Below, piece by piece: positions 20,001-28,417 of a stretch of 52,784 nt of DNA. This stretch comes from a virus (taxonomy: Duplodnaviria > Caudoviricetes): the IMG/VR virus record IMGVR_UViG_3300044960_000379, positions 1 through 52,784 of that record; one strand, given 5' to 3'. Below the pieces are notes generated by a model. It did not search any database. It saw nothing but the letters and a program-made list of their open reading frames with translations, and had not been told where the DNA came from. The position numbers were made by a program, and so were the translations under genes. Each line of letters starts with the position of its first letter. The first letter of the stretch is position 1.

Positions 20001-20778
20001 GGGCGGGCAGATTCGACTCGCCGGAGTCGAGGCTACGCGGGACACGACCAACCCCTTCTGGCGGCGGTTCGCCGAGGCGGTGCGCGACGCGACCGGCGGG
20101 CCGGGACGCGGTGCGGACGTCAGCGGCGACGTCTACCGCAACATCATCACGACCTATCTCGGCGCCCCTGCGAGGGTCTGGGACGGCGTTGCACAGGCCG
20201 AGCACCAGGCCCGCCGGGACGGCAAGGCGAACGAGTTCAACCCCGTCGAGAAGATCATCCGCGACCTGTTCATCAAGGAAGAAAACTCGTTCAAGGGATA
20301 CTATTTCCGCGAGCACGAGCAGGCCAAGGCTCCGCTCGAATCCATGCGGCGCGCCTACTACGCCGCCGTGCAGGCCGACCGCGACAGCGGCGACGCGCGG
20401 ATGGTCCGCACCCCCGACTCTCGTGGGCGGATGCGCATGGCGTGGAGCGTCGGGCCGCGCCAGCGGGCGTTCCTTGAGGCAAACCCGGTCATGCGGGACT
20501 ACGAGGATTTCCTCCGCGCCCGCGCGTCCAACGACAGGCGCGAGACTGCGTCCGCCGGGGCGTCGCCCTACCAGCAGTCGAGGACCGCGCGCGAGTCCGG
20601 CGATCCTGACCGCATCCGCGAAATGCAGGAGCGGAACGAGGACCGGCTCGCCGCCGAGATTCGACTGTTCAAGGGCCTCTGGCAGGCACACGCCGAGTGG
20701 CAGGCGCAGGGGGCTAATCCCGACCGCTGGTCGGCGATCAGGGATCGCTTTCTGCCACCGCAGGCGAGAACACCTTGA
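14029..20778 (+). CDS. Large internal virion/ejection polyvalent protein (HExxxH metallopeptidase-like segment; LPD38-like C-terminus)
   Basis: 2249 aa, last gene of the late operon; LQHEIVGH...AAEVLAR motif; T.NF....LNPWFAF and LRPVVE..LNYNFAGNP motifs. Confidence 0.75.
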   Translation: MSYVVGDLPIPEEDTLDPSEQQRLRQLRGQPEPPPPPRAQPQPSQPQTQTEPLPPRAQPEPPQPEPLPPRAQPEPPQPEPPSPQPAQQDSDPEVEVPGYEGRWSRARVRQLRELEAQPPTPENIVAYSRAVGERSLDILTRDPKDDTDTDRAQRRTAAFRLQFRRWVAENGLEEAFANGSARDQERIIQQWADSIHPPTPQTNRRGEQTGRAVRSAESRELTAALVGEGRMPYWTTFVPDEQQVDEAVRNRTARETRAAQQAAQQAARAAQAEARQVPANPLARTPQAAAPQEPQAGFWTRAKDVAVETIAGVARGAVGLGDFVNRGLQQLGIGADQADVEGIYALLDAAKGQFQSEAFQRESRAFSEALRKVDGSVIVSMGRALARGDTEGARQLAQQSGIGEAWDRAGTTVVLATILGGAAEFVAPFSAGARVARAGANVLARGAPRVATAAPAAGGIAAATAAPTATQMTEVGAEVRRQTGDNARADAASAMASAGGAIAALGNVLGATIGPGGQVARALGMRGASAVAGEAASAPARAAIAGAAGAAQGGLATAGQNVNRAEAGVEQENVTGPALLGGVLGGVLGAFPTRGRSEAPPAPPVPAAPGTAQAGNGVIRGGVAKAEAQQSAPQPVLALPPPSGNAPESLRRTPEGGLVDRRAAVPGGVVPEDAGVRERNAPFSWNDRRQADPNTIFVPPTRALPAPDPDNPSPRPQVDIIERNAPFNRNDPRQDFPREPGVIYGEPPPRRPALPAPEPGQEPFVAREARPRESVVEQNAPLNPADPRQTDPNTIYLPRYYGSDFTEVPPLRRRLGEMPPEPPPAAPRGREVQPAEQIVADAMSLPRSILTPEERQTLGVDRPRVLTPDGILDVSGDTPKLVRPNTREFITANTEGRLPPAGVSPEVAARIVEQARIRRQVELARDAFVAQQQARGVPRDQAWQNLARAEQDGTFRRFMEQFYSRKGVRPAAFVDTPTAAAVVGEIDGLATRVGAAVEVYDGVRAMPIEYRQAFADGQTKAVTFTDQDGVRRVVVDRSMHADGTDLRKTLQHEIVGHVALPEILGATAYNNLMMQVSRLQAENSAVAQLYREVAKQYPGADPRTQAAEVLARVVEDGSLPKRSGVQKLRDSFLAAMRQAGFRGQKDGLMTGDQLQSLLATVRDSVNNPEAAWRLKEATAPLGSAGLGQQFERTVTGTRQTLWTRAAAFLWNENAPIIEAARTLRDVRGVQSGVVDQLFQAPNRINTTFDRFAVRHIEPIRKTMQEVADATGKSLDQVSVILDQIAAAKHGIERNEATWLLFAKVADRVEGERIALFRDFRNGKIDGKTLRDNLRAIVTDDTARTPRDEWRGYGATDSEIRQLQRALADDPAAQMVEARVWPMLRAFVDDLTDHQLKSGILTRAEVDLYGFANYVPARGGAADAPPLVINDIAGNYVTSHTAQGRGGQGIPERVLGELLDMSVDTARAFGNREFFRALGEAVALDVANTAAGRKPLYGREVESSNVISTAADDKIRFNIPKGVRPEDYQNVFRYIDANGDLRYLAITDPTLAAALRGVAEGPPRASKIAAAAQSVTGLQGRLLTSLNPWFWATQIQRDLIGNTLRMLTDYQAFGMTAKDVPTMTSGFLARFSREMLPLSDTWRYASLNADRGAQLRLIEEWKQSNDPKLRERAEFLEAGAIRFSSQFSATSEFRGTPLANVLMGTDNLARRGYDRLFGADGVLKTLAERMSTAQEALELGHRWAFYQTLRRHGMDPERARSETIQLTNFNQRSKVSRALNPWFAFSHTITAGADRAFNKGLWRNGEIPWRRVELPDGTVQRTVSLADVAKNLNYLRLGVVAAMGYAASAATMSLLGEQKDKNGVSLADKLSPESRMRSLFFPGTKPGQVFRIAMPDTEATLGLALGVAIHGLETGTMNQAEARVGLLNVAQRIFGPALKPRNDFPDGERGNPITSMTLGAVPTVLRPVVEGALNYNFAGNPLDRRGQVVNAPGGQIRLAGVEATRDTTNPFWRRFAEAVRDATGGPGRGADVSGDVYRNIITTYLGAPARVWDGVAQAEHQARRDGKANEFNPVEKIIRDLFIKEENSFKGYYFREHEQAKAPLESMRRAYYAAVQADRDSGDARMVRTPDSRGRMRMAWSVGPRQRAFLEANPVMRDYEDFLRARASNDRRETASAGASPYQQSRTARESGDPDRIREMQERNEDRLAAEIRLFKGLWQAHAEWQAQGANPDRWSAIRDRFLPPQARTP

Positions 20779-23700
20779 CGACCAACACGTCGCGCGGAAG
20801 CATCCTGTCCTCGTGGCTGTAGACCGGCCCGGCACCGGGCGCGAGAATCTTGCGCGCCCTGCCGACCAGCGGGTGGTCTCGCAGCTGCGCCATGAGGTCG
20901 GCGACGTTGCGCGGTCGCATGAGCGCCGGCAGGTAGTCGAGCAGCACGTAGTAGACCTCGTGGACGCCGTCCTTGTCGGGGCGGACGTGCGCACGGCAGA
21001 CCAGCGGGCCTGCGGCCACGCCGGTCAGCGGCGGCGGTTGCGGGACCACGGTGTCGCCGCTGTGCAGGTAGGTGATCTTGCGGCCCGGCGGGATGTTGGT
21101 CCGCAGGGCCTCGACCAGCGCCGAATAGGCGGCATCCATGCCGCTCGTCTCCGACACATACCGCTTCTGCTCGTCGAGCAGGGAGCGGAGGAACCGTTCG
21201 CGCCGGCTTCCCATCTTGATGATCCCCATTTCCTCAAGCAGTTCCTCGGCGACGAGAAGCGCCGCCGTCGTCGAAACGAACAGGACCGACGTGCGGTCTT
21301 GCGCGTGGGCGTGCAGTTCGGCGCGAAGCGCCTCGATCCTCTCCGACACCCGGCTGTAGTTGGCGAGCACGTGCCGCACGAAGCGGGGGCCGAGGAACCC
21401 ATAGTTGGCCGAAAGTGCCGCTTCGACGTTGGCCACGTCGGCGGCCTGCATCTTGAACGCCATGCCGTTGGCATGCAGCGTCATGACCCTGCGCTTGGTC
21501 CCCTCGTCGTTCAGGCTCGTCTGGTTCCCGAGAGCGTCCTGGATCGCTGTGTTGGTCGCGGCGATAAACAGGGTCTTCCACGACCCACGGTTGGCGCGCA
21601 GCGCGTTGCTGTCGCGCGTCATGCGCTCCTTCGGTCGGTTGTTGGTCGCCAGCGTGACGAAGCCGGCGATTTCTTCCTGCGACACCCGCGCCAGCTCGTC
21701 GATGTAGATCGGCAGGTTGCCGTGCCAGATGTGGCGGATTTCGGCGGCGTTGTCGGTGTCCGACGGCGATGCGATGCCCCTCGGGTTGGCGGGGTCACCC
21801 CAGATGCTCCGCCCAAGGCGCATCACCGTGGTCTTGGCCGTGCCGGCAGGGCCGGAGACGTTCAGCAGGCAGGACGTCGAGACGCCCGACACCATGGACA
21901 CCAGCGGCGCGGCGAAGCCGGCGAGAAGCGCCGTGTAGGCCCAATCGCGCGCGGACAGGAACAGCGCGCGCATCGCCAGTTCGTGTCTTATGGGGTCGCC
22001 CGCCGTTCCGAACAGCGACACCGCCTCGGCATGGACGCCGACGCGCACGGGGGCCTGCGCGTAGCCACCGGCGCGGACCGCCAACGGCCCGCACAGAAAC
22101 TCCCGGTCGCCGTCGTGGTCCGCCCACCCGTTCGTCACGGCGACGAGGCGCTTCTGCTCGCGGTCGACGGCAGCCTTGCAGAGCTTGATGTAGTCGTAGA
22201 AAAGCCGGTGGACTTCCGGCGACAGATGCTCCGGCGAGACGCCCATGGAGCTGATTTCCGCCGCGACGTAGCGAATGTCCGGGAGGATGGCGTTCTCAAG
22301 CACCCGCTGCTTCGCGCGACGCGGGGTAGACTGCGACGAAATGTCCTCGACCGTGACGATGTAGTTGTGGCGGTTGGGGTCTTCCGGCTTCGGCGAGGCG
22401 GCGGTGATCGCCCACAACCCTTCCGTCAGCTTGGTCGGAACCAGAACCTTCGAGATGGCCTTGCGGGAGTTCCTGGGCACGCGCTCGTTGTTCTCGTCGA
22501 CGCGGTATTCCTGCACCCAGTAGAGCGCGGTGTCTGTCGCCCAGTAGCCTTCTTCTTGCGCTTCGGTGTTGACGTTGACGCACCGCTTCACGAAGCCCGG
22601 CAAGGTCAGGTAGGCACCGATTTCACCGGGCGGCGGGTAGGCCGCCTCGACCTGCGCCGCCGTCACGGCGCCGGCGGTGACGCGCGCCTTGTAGAGCGGG
22701 AGGTTCACCGGCGAGGCGTCGCCGCTGCGCCTGAACGCAGGGCAGTTCTGGCACGCTTCCGGAGTGTAGGGCAGGCCGGTGGCGGGGTCTTTCAGCGCCG
22801 AGCGGATGTTGGCGCAGGTGGCGATCCCGGCGTTCTCCCGGATGGCGCGGGCGACAACCTTCGGCCACGGGTCGTTGACCTGCGGCTGGACCATTGTCAG
22901 CAGCTTGGCTGCGGTGGCCTCGCCGTCCTTGCAGTAGGCCAACAGGCGGGACAGAACCCATCGCTGCTGGTAAGGCACGTCCACCGGCTGACCTGCGCGA
23001 ACGCCGCGCGCAATCTGCGCCACGAGGTTCCTGATCGGCGCGCAGCCGGACGCGATCTCGACGAAGTCGCCGCTGCGCGTGCGCGACAGCCGGTCGTCGA
23101 AAAGCCCGACGAGGGGGAGATGCGCAGCGTTAGGCGGGGCGACGGTGCCTGCGGTTTCTGGCCTGTTTATGGTTCCGACTGCCGGCACGCCGGCGGCCTC
23201 GACGCCGGCAAGGAACGACTCCACGGTGTAGACGCGGTCGAACGCGGCGAGAATCTTGACCGGGCGCGGGTCGGTCGGGTTTTTCGCGTTGACCGCCCCG
23301 GGGAAGCGCAGCAGCCCGGCGAGGTCGATGACCCGACTGGTGTCGGCGGCCAGCACCGGGTCGATTGCGGTCACGCGGTCGCGGAAAGTGACGGCGGCGG
23401 CACGCCACGTCGCCGGGTCGACAGACTCCGCGAGTCGCCAATAGAGGTGGATGCCGTAGCCGGACGAGACGACAAACGTCGGCAACGGCAGTTTGCCGGC
23501 GCGGACGTGCCCGTAGAGAGCGGCGACGACTTCGGTCTGCGAGCGATACTTGCCGTTGCCGGCGGGGTCGACGTCGACGTCGAGGACGAAGGTGCGGCAC
23601 GCGGAGACGTTGGCGGCCTTCCGCGCCGTGGTGCCGGGGACGAACCCGTTGAAGGCGAACCAGCAGTCCATGCCGCGCGCGGCGGCCGCGTCAATCGCGC

Positions 23701-23824
23701 GCAGGACAGCCGCGTGGCTATCGCAGATGACCGCCCTTGCCGGACGGCCGCCGACAGGTAGGACTACGATGAAGGAAGCCGTGCCGTCGTCGGGCAGGCA
23801 GGTGAGGAGCCGGGCGTCTGCCAT
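20738..23824 (-). CDS. Primase-polymerase fused to a DUF927-type helicase
   Basis: FVLDVDV and SSGYGIHLYWRL (AEP/RepB-like); CxxC cluster; Walker A-like SGPAGTAKTT and Walker B IYIDE. Confidence 0.8.
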   Translation of the reverse strand: MADARLLTCLPDDGTASFIVVLPVGGRPARAVICDSHAAVLRAIDAAAARGMDCWFAFNGFVPGTTARKAANVSACRTFVLDVDVDPAGNGKYRSQTEVVAALYGHVRAGKLPLPTFVVSSGYGIHLYWRLAESVDPATWRAAAVTFRDRVTAIDPVLAADTSRVIDLAGLLRFPGAVNAKNPTDPRPVKILAAFDRVYTVESFLAGVEAAGVPAVGTINRPETAGTVAPPNAAHLPLVGLFDDRLSRTRSGDFVEIASGCAPIRNLVAQIARGVRAGQPVDVPYQQRWVLSRLLAYCKDGEATAAKLLTMVQPQVNDPWPKVVARAIRENAGIATCANIRSALKDPATGLPYTPEACQNCPAFRRSGDASPVNLPLYKARVTAGAVTAAQVEAAYPPPGEIGAYLTLPGFVKRCVNVNTEAQEEGYWATDTALYWVQEYRVDENNERVPRNSRKAISKVLVPTKLTEGLWAITAASPKPEDPNRHNYIVTVEDISSQSTPRRAKQRVLENAILPDIRYVAAEISSMGVSPEHLSPEVHRLFYDYIKLCKAAVDREQKRLVAVTNGWADHDGDREFLCGPLAVRAGGYAQAPVRVGVHAEAVSLFGTAGDPIRHELAMRALFLSARDWAYTALLAGFAAPLVSMVSGVSTSCLLNVSGPAGTAKTTVMRLGRSIWGDPANPRGIASPSDTDNAAEIRHIWHGNLPIYIDELARVSQEEIAGFVTLATNNRPKERMTRDSNALRANRGSWKTLFIAATNTAIQDALGNQTSLNDEGTKRRVMTLHANGMAFKMQAADVANVEAALSANYGFLGPRFVRHVLANYSRVSERIEALRAELHAHAQDRTSVLFVSTTAALLVAEELLEEMGIIKMGSRRERFLRSLLDEQKRYVSETSGMDAAYSALVEALRTNIPPGRKITYLHSGDTVVPQPPPLTGVAAGPLVCRAHVRPDKDGVHEVYYVLLDYLPALMRPRNVADLMAQLRDHPLVGRARKILAPGAGPVYSHEDRMLPRDVLVVKVFSPAVAESDP

Positions 23825-23871
23825 GCTAGTCCCCGTCTTGGGGCGCCCCTTGGCGGGGCGCCCCGCAATCA

Positions 23872-25014
23872 TCAGGCACCCAGCTTGCGGAGCAGCTCGG
23901 TGAGGCCGCCCTCATCGTCGTCAAACACCGACGCGTCGACCGAGTCGCCAGCCGGCGCGGGGGCGCTGGCCAGCACGTTGCCGGCCGCAGGCGCGGCGGG
24001 AGTAGCGGCAGCGGGGGTAGCGGCGGCAGCGGGGGTAGCGGCGGCAGCGGGGGTAGCGGCGGCAGCGGGGGAAGCGGCCTTCCTCGGCCTGCCCCTGGTC
24101 GGCGAAGCGGAGGCAGCGGGAGCGGCAGAGGCGGCGGGGGCAAACCTGTTGGTCGGCTGCGCCGGCGCAGCGGGTTCCTGCCGCTCGGGCGGAAGCACTT
24201 CGCCAGTCAGCGCGGCCGGGGTAGCTTGCGCCGGGGCGGCCGACGCGACAGGGGAATCCGCAAACGCGGGCGTGACGGCCGATGCTCCGGCCGACTCGGT
24301 GACGATAGCAGAAGTATGGCGGGTGATAAAGTCCTTGTTTTCGCTCACCACGCGAACGAGCGCCGTCAGCTCCTCCTCCGACCAGAAACCGACGGGGCGG
24401 AACATGACCTTCGGCACGCTGGCGCGCGAATCGAACTCGATGCGGGTGCAGATGGTCATGGGGTTGACCCCGTTGGCCTGCCGCGCCAGCAGCTTGCCGT
24501 AGGACGACAGGCTGTAGAGGTTGGACGCCGGGTTGTCGTCGCCGAACACGGACATGCCCTTGACGTCCATGAGATAGACGCGCTCCGGGTCGCCCGTGAA
24601 GACGACGGCCAGCCGCTTGGCGTAGCCGCACGCCTTGGTCCCCGGAAGGTTGCCGGACCCGGCCACGTTCTGCGGACAAACCGCGCAGGACGTGGCCTGC
24701 TTGGCCGGCGCCGACTTGTCGGGCACGGTTCCGTCGGTCGAGTAGCAGTCCGGCGTGCCGGCCTGCGCGTTCGGATCGAATGCATCGGCCCAGAACATGC
24801 GCGACACGGTCGGGATCGCCCCGACGATGGCAACGTCGATGTAGGTGGTCGGCAGCGTGATCGTCTCGCCGTCCCGGACGAGGTTGAAGCGGCCGCCACG
24901 GAACGAGATGCGCGGCACGGACTCGCCGGCAGACGCGAGGGTGATCGCCGGCAGCGCAGCAGTGACGCGCGCGACATGGGCGGGGATGTGGCCGCCGAGG
25001 GTGGTGAGGTTCAT
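23872..25014 (-). CDS. Putative ssDNA-binding/annealing protein
   Basis: AGGAG RBS; RISFRGGRF...DCYSTDG...CAVCPQN..GSG...KAC; Ala/Pro linker with 18-bp repeats (about 24003-24070); acidic tail. Confidence 0.65.
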   Translation of the reverse strand: MNLTTLGGHIPAHVARVTAALPAITLASAGESVPRISFRGGRFNLVRDGETITLPTTYIDVAIVGAIPTVSRMFWADAFDPNAQAGTPDCYSTDGTVPDKSAPAKQATSCAVCPQNVAGSGNLPGTKACGYAKRLAVVFTGDPERVYLMDVKGMSVFGDDNPASNLYSLSSYGKLLARQANGVNPMTICTRIEFDSRASVPKVMFRPVGFWSEEELTALVRVVSENKDFITRHTSAIVTESAGASAVTPAFADSPVASAAPAQATPAALTGEVLPPERQEPAAPAQPTNRFAPAASAAPAASASPTRGRPRKAASPAAAATPAAAATPAAAATPAAATPAAPAAGNVLASAPAPAGDSVDASVFDDDEGGLTELLRKLGA

Positions 25015-25029
25015 GGTTTTCTCCTAGGT

Positions 25030-25440
25030 TCAGCTGCTGCGGGTGCGGAGCTTGATTTCCGCCATGACGTCGACGCCGGGCGGCGGGGCTCCGGTGTCGT
25101 CGAGGTATTCGCGCACTGCCGCCGGCGACAGTCGCCGCTGCAGCAACGCGAGGTTCTGCGTCTCGATGACGTGGCCGTGGAAAGCCTGCCAATCGACGAC
25201 GTAAGGAATACGCTGCACTTCGGTGTAGAACAGCGCGCCGTCGACGCGGGCGCAGGAAAGACCATGCTTGCGCATGTAGGCCAGCACGGCCTGCTCGATA
25301 GTCGCCATCTTCTTGCGGATGGCTTCCTCGCGCTTGGCCAACTCCGCCAATTCTCCCCGGAGGGCGAGCAGCGTATCGGCGGCTTGCTGCAGGGGGGCGG
25401 CCACGGGGCCGTCGGGCGGTTGGGTGGTTTCAGGCTGCAT
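25030..25440 (-). CDS. Conserved-type phage replication-region protein
   Basis: Coiled coil, then DWQAF...LLQRRLS...PPPGV, typical of small genes next to an SSB. Confidence 0.65.
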   Translation of the reverse strand: MQPETTQPPDGPVAAPLQQAADTLLALRGELAELAKREEAIRKKMATIEQAVLAYMRKHGLSCARVDGALFYTEVQRIPYVVDWQAFHGHVIETQNLALLQRRLSPAAVREYLDDTGAPPPGVDVMAEIKLRTRSS

Positions 25441-27022
25441 TTGCTTCTTTCCCCTGATTGAGCACCTTTCGGTAGAGGTCCAGCAGGTGCTGCTGGCTCA
25501 TCTGCTTGTCGCGGAGGGCGGTATACCATTCCCGTTCGACGGGGTGCCCCCACAAGTTGCACACCAGAACCTTGTTCTTCTGGCCCGGCCTGTCGGCGCG
25601 GGCGTTGGCCTGCTCGTATTGCTCGGCGGCCATCACAGGTCCATACCAAATCGTCGCCGATGCGGCGGTTAACGTCAAGCCATGTCCTGCCGCCTTCGGG
25701 TGCAGGACGAGGATGCGCAGGTCGGAGTCGACCTGCTGAAACTCCCTGACGAGGCGGGTCCGCTCGCTGATGGACGTTCGTCCGTCGATGAAGCGCGTCG
25801 ACTCCGACCCGTAGCGCCGGCGCAGGTGCTCGCACAGCACGTCGATGGACGCGCGGAACGGAGCGAAGACCAGCGCCTTGCCCGGCGTCTCGTCAATCAC
25901 CTCGCAGACTCCTTCGAGTCTGGGGTCGACGCTGACCCGGCTCGATTCGCCCGCGTCGTTGCGCACGACGCCCTGGCAGACCTGAAAGAGCTTGAGCAAG
26001 CGGGCGGCGGCGTGGACGGCCGTGACCTTCTGGCCGGCAATCTCGGCGATGCTTTCGCGCACCAGGTCGTCGACGGCCTTCTTCTGGTCGGCAGACAGCG
26101 CGCAGTAGCGGTCCACCGTCGTCGTTGGCGGAAGGTCGAGGCAGTCGGCGCGCGAGAACCGCACAGCCGGCTGCAGCGCGGCGAACACCGCTTCGACGGC
26201 ACCCTTCTTCGGCACCCACTTGAACCGCGTGACCTGCTCCATGGTCATGTCGCGAAACGCGGCGTGCGACGGCGGGACGCGGTGCGGGCACACCAGCTTG
26301 GCCAGGCCGTAGGCGTCGAGCGGGCTCTGCGGCATCGGCGATCCGGTCATCAGCCAGAGCCAGCGCGGCTGCGCCAGCATCTTCAACGCGCCGAACCGTT
26401 GCGTCGTGTGGGCCTTGAACGCGCTCGCCTCGTCGACGACGACAAGGCCGATGTCCTTGCGCCGCATCAACTCGGCGTGGAGCAATTTAAGTCCGTCGTG
26501 GTTGGTGATATAGTAGTCTGCCGGCGTGGCAAGCGCCGCGAGCCGCTTGGCACGCGGACCGTAGAGCACCTGCACCCGCGCCCCCGGCGCGATGTTGAAC
26601 AACTCGTCACGCCAGACACTGTGAAGCGTCGACAGCGGCGAAGCGATCAGGACGGACGTCAGGACGCCACGGGCGCGAAGGTATTCGCAAGCCCAGATGC
26701 AGGCGGCGGTCTTTCCGGTGCCCATGTCGTTGAAGACGAACGCCTTCGGGTTCAGGGTCAGGAACGCTGCCGTCTCGCGCTGGTGGGCGAAAGGCCGGAA
26801 CCGTCCGGGCCACGACCACTTCGGGTCGCGCATGATCGGGCTATCGACGTCGACGCCGAGATTGCGGAGCAGCCTGGCGACCTCGACCGTGTGCGGGGCG
26901 ACCGCCACTGATTCGCCGCGCAACGTGCCGCGCGCAATGGCGCGCAGGTGCGGCTCCACCGTGTCGGCGACCGCCCCCGGCAGCACGATCCCGCCCGGGA
27001 TGTAGCGAACAGTGCCGGTCAC
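25430..27022 (-). CDS. SNF2-family (SF2) helicase
   Basis: DMGTGKT, VVDEAS, MTGSP, GHGLTLTAA and QANARADRPGQ motifs. Confidence 0.9.
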   Translation of the reverse strand: MTGTVRYIPGGIVLPGAVADTVEPHLRAIARGTLRGESVAVAPHTVEVARLLRNLGVDVDSPIMRDPKWSWPGRFRPFAHQRETAAFLTLNPKAFVFNDMGTGKTAACIWACEYLRARGVLTSVLIASPLSTLHSVWRDELFNIAPGARVQVLYGPRAKRLAALATPADYYITNHDGLKLLHAELMRRKDIGLVVVDEASAFKAHTTQRFGALKMLAQPRWLWLMTGSPMPQSPLDAYGLAKLVCPHRVPPSHAAFRDMTMEQVTRFKWVPKKGAVEAVFAALQPAVRFSRADCLDLPPTTTVDRYCALSADQKKAVDDLVRESIAEIAGQKVTAVHAAARLLKLFQVCQGVVRNDAGESSRVSVDPRLEGVCEVIDETPGKALVFAPFRASIDVLCEHLRRRYGSESTRFIDGRTSISERTRLVREFQQVDSDLRILVLHPKAAGHGLTLTAASATIWYGPVMAAEQYEQANARADRPGQKNKVLVCNLWGHPVEREWYTALRDKQMSQQHLLDLYRKVLNQGKEANAA

Positions 27023-27318
27023 TTGTCGGTCCTCGGGCGGAAGATGAGCGCGAGACCGTCAACGTTGTGGCGGTCGACGACGAACGGCGTGCCGCCGGCG
27101 GCGCGGATGGCTTCAAGCTCCTGTGCCTGCAGCGCCGTCGGGGGGTTCTTGTCGGAATCGGCCTTGCACTCGATGGCGAAGAACCTGCCCGCGTGGCAGA
27201 CAAGGATATCGGGCACGCCCGCGCGGCCGAAGCCGTTGGCCGGAGGGAAACAATACCACGCGCCGGCTTCCTTGAGGATGGCAACGGCGCGGTTCTTGAC
27301 GCGGCGTTCGGGTGTCAT
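27019..27318 (-). CDS. VRR-NUC domain nuclease
   Basis: TPE..VK...GVPDILVC..GRFFAIECK...PTALQ.......AAGG. Confidence 0.88.
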   Translation of the reverse strand: MTPERRVKNRAVAILKEAGAWYCFPPANGFGRAGVPDILVCHAGRFFAIECKADSDKNPPTALQAQELEAIRAAGGTPFVVDRHNVDGLALIFRPRTDK

Positions 27319-27998
27319 CAGCGCCTCCCGTTGTGCGGGCAATCGAGGACAGGACAGTGAGCGCGGCAGAGCCCACTGGGGCGGTGCGGCCACGAATCGT
27401 GGTCGAACGACCAGCGGATGTCAGCCAACAATGCGTAGGTCGGCGCGAGCATGGCGGGCAAGTCCTGCCGGCGGTAGCTCTTAACGTGCTTGACGTTGTG
27501 CTGGGCGTAGACGAAGGACGTGACGACGGCCTTCACCTCTGGGAAGTTGCAGAACACGGCGGCGGCGTTGCGGGCGGCCTGCCCGGTGTCGCCGCGCGGC
27601 TTGCCGGTCTTCCAGTCGATGACGGCGGCCAGCGGCTTGTCGTGCATCAGCACGAGCACGTCGACGATGGCACGCCCCCAGACGTCCGGCGCGTAGAAAT
27701 CGGTCCCGGTGAGGCGGGCCGTGATCCCGAGCTTCACCTCCGCGCGCTTCTCGCCGTCGAGCGCCATGACCTGATCGAGGAACGGCTTGTAGGTCGGCAA
27801 CCGGTCAGCAGGGAACGGCGCCTCGCCCTTGATCGCCAGCTCAAGCGCCTCGTGCACCTCAAGGCCGGCGAGCGCGTGCTCGCCCGGCTCGTCCTTGATG
27901 TCCTTCGCCACGCGCTTGCGGTAGAACTTGTGCGGGCACGTTTCGTATTCGTTGAGCGCGGAGTGCGACCAAACAAAGTTATCTGCCGTAGAGTGCAT
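27318..27998 (-). CDS. PD-(D/E)XK Cas4-like exonuclease
   Basis: WSHSAL..YETCP, G..VH..LE, VD...IDWKTGK, and C-terminal Cys cluster (CRAHCPVLDC). Confidence 0.85.
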   Translation of the reverse strand: MHSTADNFVWSHSALNEYETCPHKFYRKRVAKDIKDEPGEHALAGLEVHEALELAIKGEAPFPADRLPTYKPFLDQVMALDGEKRAEVKLGITARLTGTDFYAPDVWGRAIVDVLVLMHDKPLAAVIDWKTGKPRGDTGQAARNAAAVFCNFPEVKAVVTSFVYAQHNVKHVKSYRRQDLPAMLAPTYALLADIRWSFDHDSWPHRPSGLCRAHCPVLDCPHNGRR

Positions 27999-28000
27999 GT

Positions 28001-28417
28001 TCAGTCCTCGATAAATCGAGTGTCCGGCGAAAGTCGCGTATATTCACTAAAGCACAGCCGCGTCACGGCTTCCAGCAAATAAGCGTTGGCTTCGCTCGAA
28101 AACTGCTTTTCGCCGATGTATTCGGCTACGTATTCGACTACGTGCGCGGCTTCGTGCGCGCACAGTCCGACCAGTCCCGCCAGCGAACGCACCGGCTTGT
28201 GCTGAAGCCAGACGACGATGCGGCACCGCTGGGTTTCCTCGTGGACGTAGGACACGGTGCGGCCGGGGGTATCCGGAGCGGCGGACTTGAGGCCAAGACC
28301 GGACAGCAACGCAGCGTGCTGCGGAGCCGTCGTGGCCACCCCCACCTGGCACGGATAGCACGCGAGGCCGAACCAGCGCGGCATCGGCTTCGGCTTCGGT
28401 TTCGATTCGCTGGTCAT
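28001..28417 (-). CDS. Hypothetical protein with HExxH motif
   Basis: CAHEAAH...EANAYL; ATGA overlap with the polymerase stop. Confidence 0.7.
   Translation of the reverse strand: MTSESKPKPKPMPRWFGLACYPCQVGVATTAPQHAALLSGLGLKSAAPDTPGRTVSYVHEETQRCRIVVWLQHKPVRSLAGLVGLCAHEAAHVVEYVAEYIGEKQFSSEANAYLLEAVTRLCFSEYTRLSPDTRFIED

Noticed and set aside
13975-23761. Very long antisense ORFs (13975-17793, 17845-20994, 20111-23761, and similar ones elsewhere)
   Set aside because: These are expected mirror frames in high-GC coding DNA. They show no motifs and lie opposite well-supported genes.
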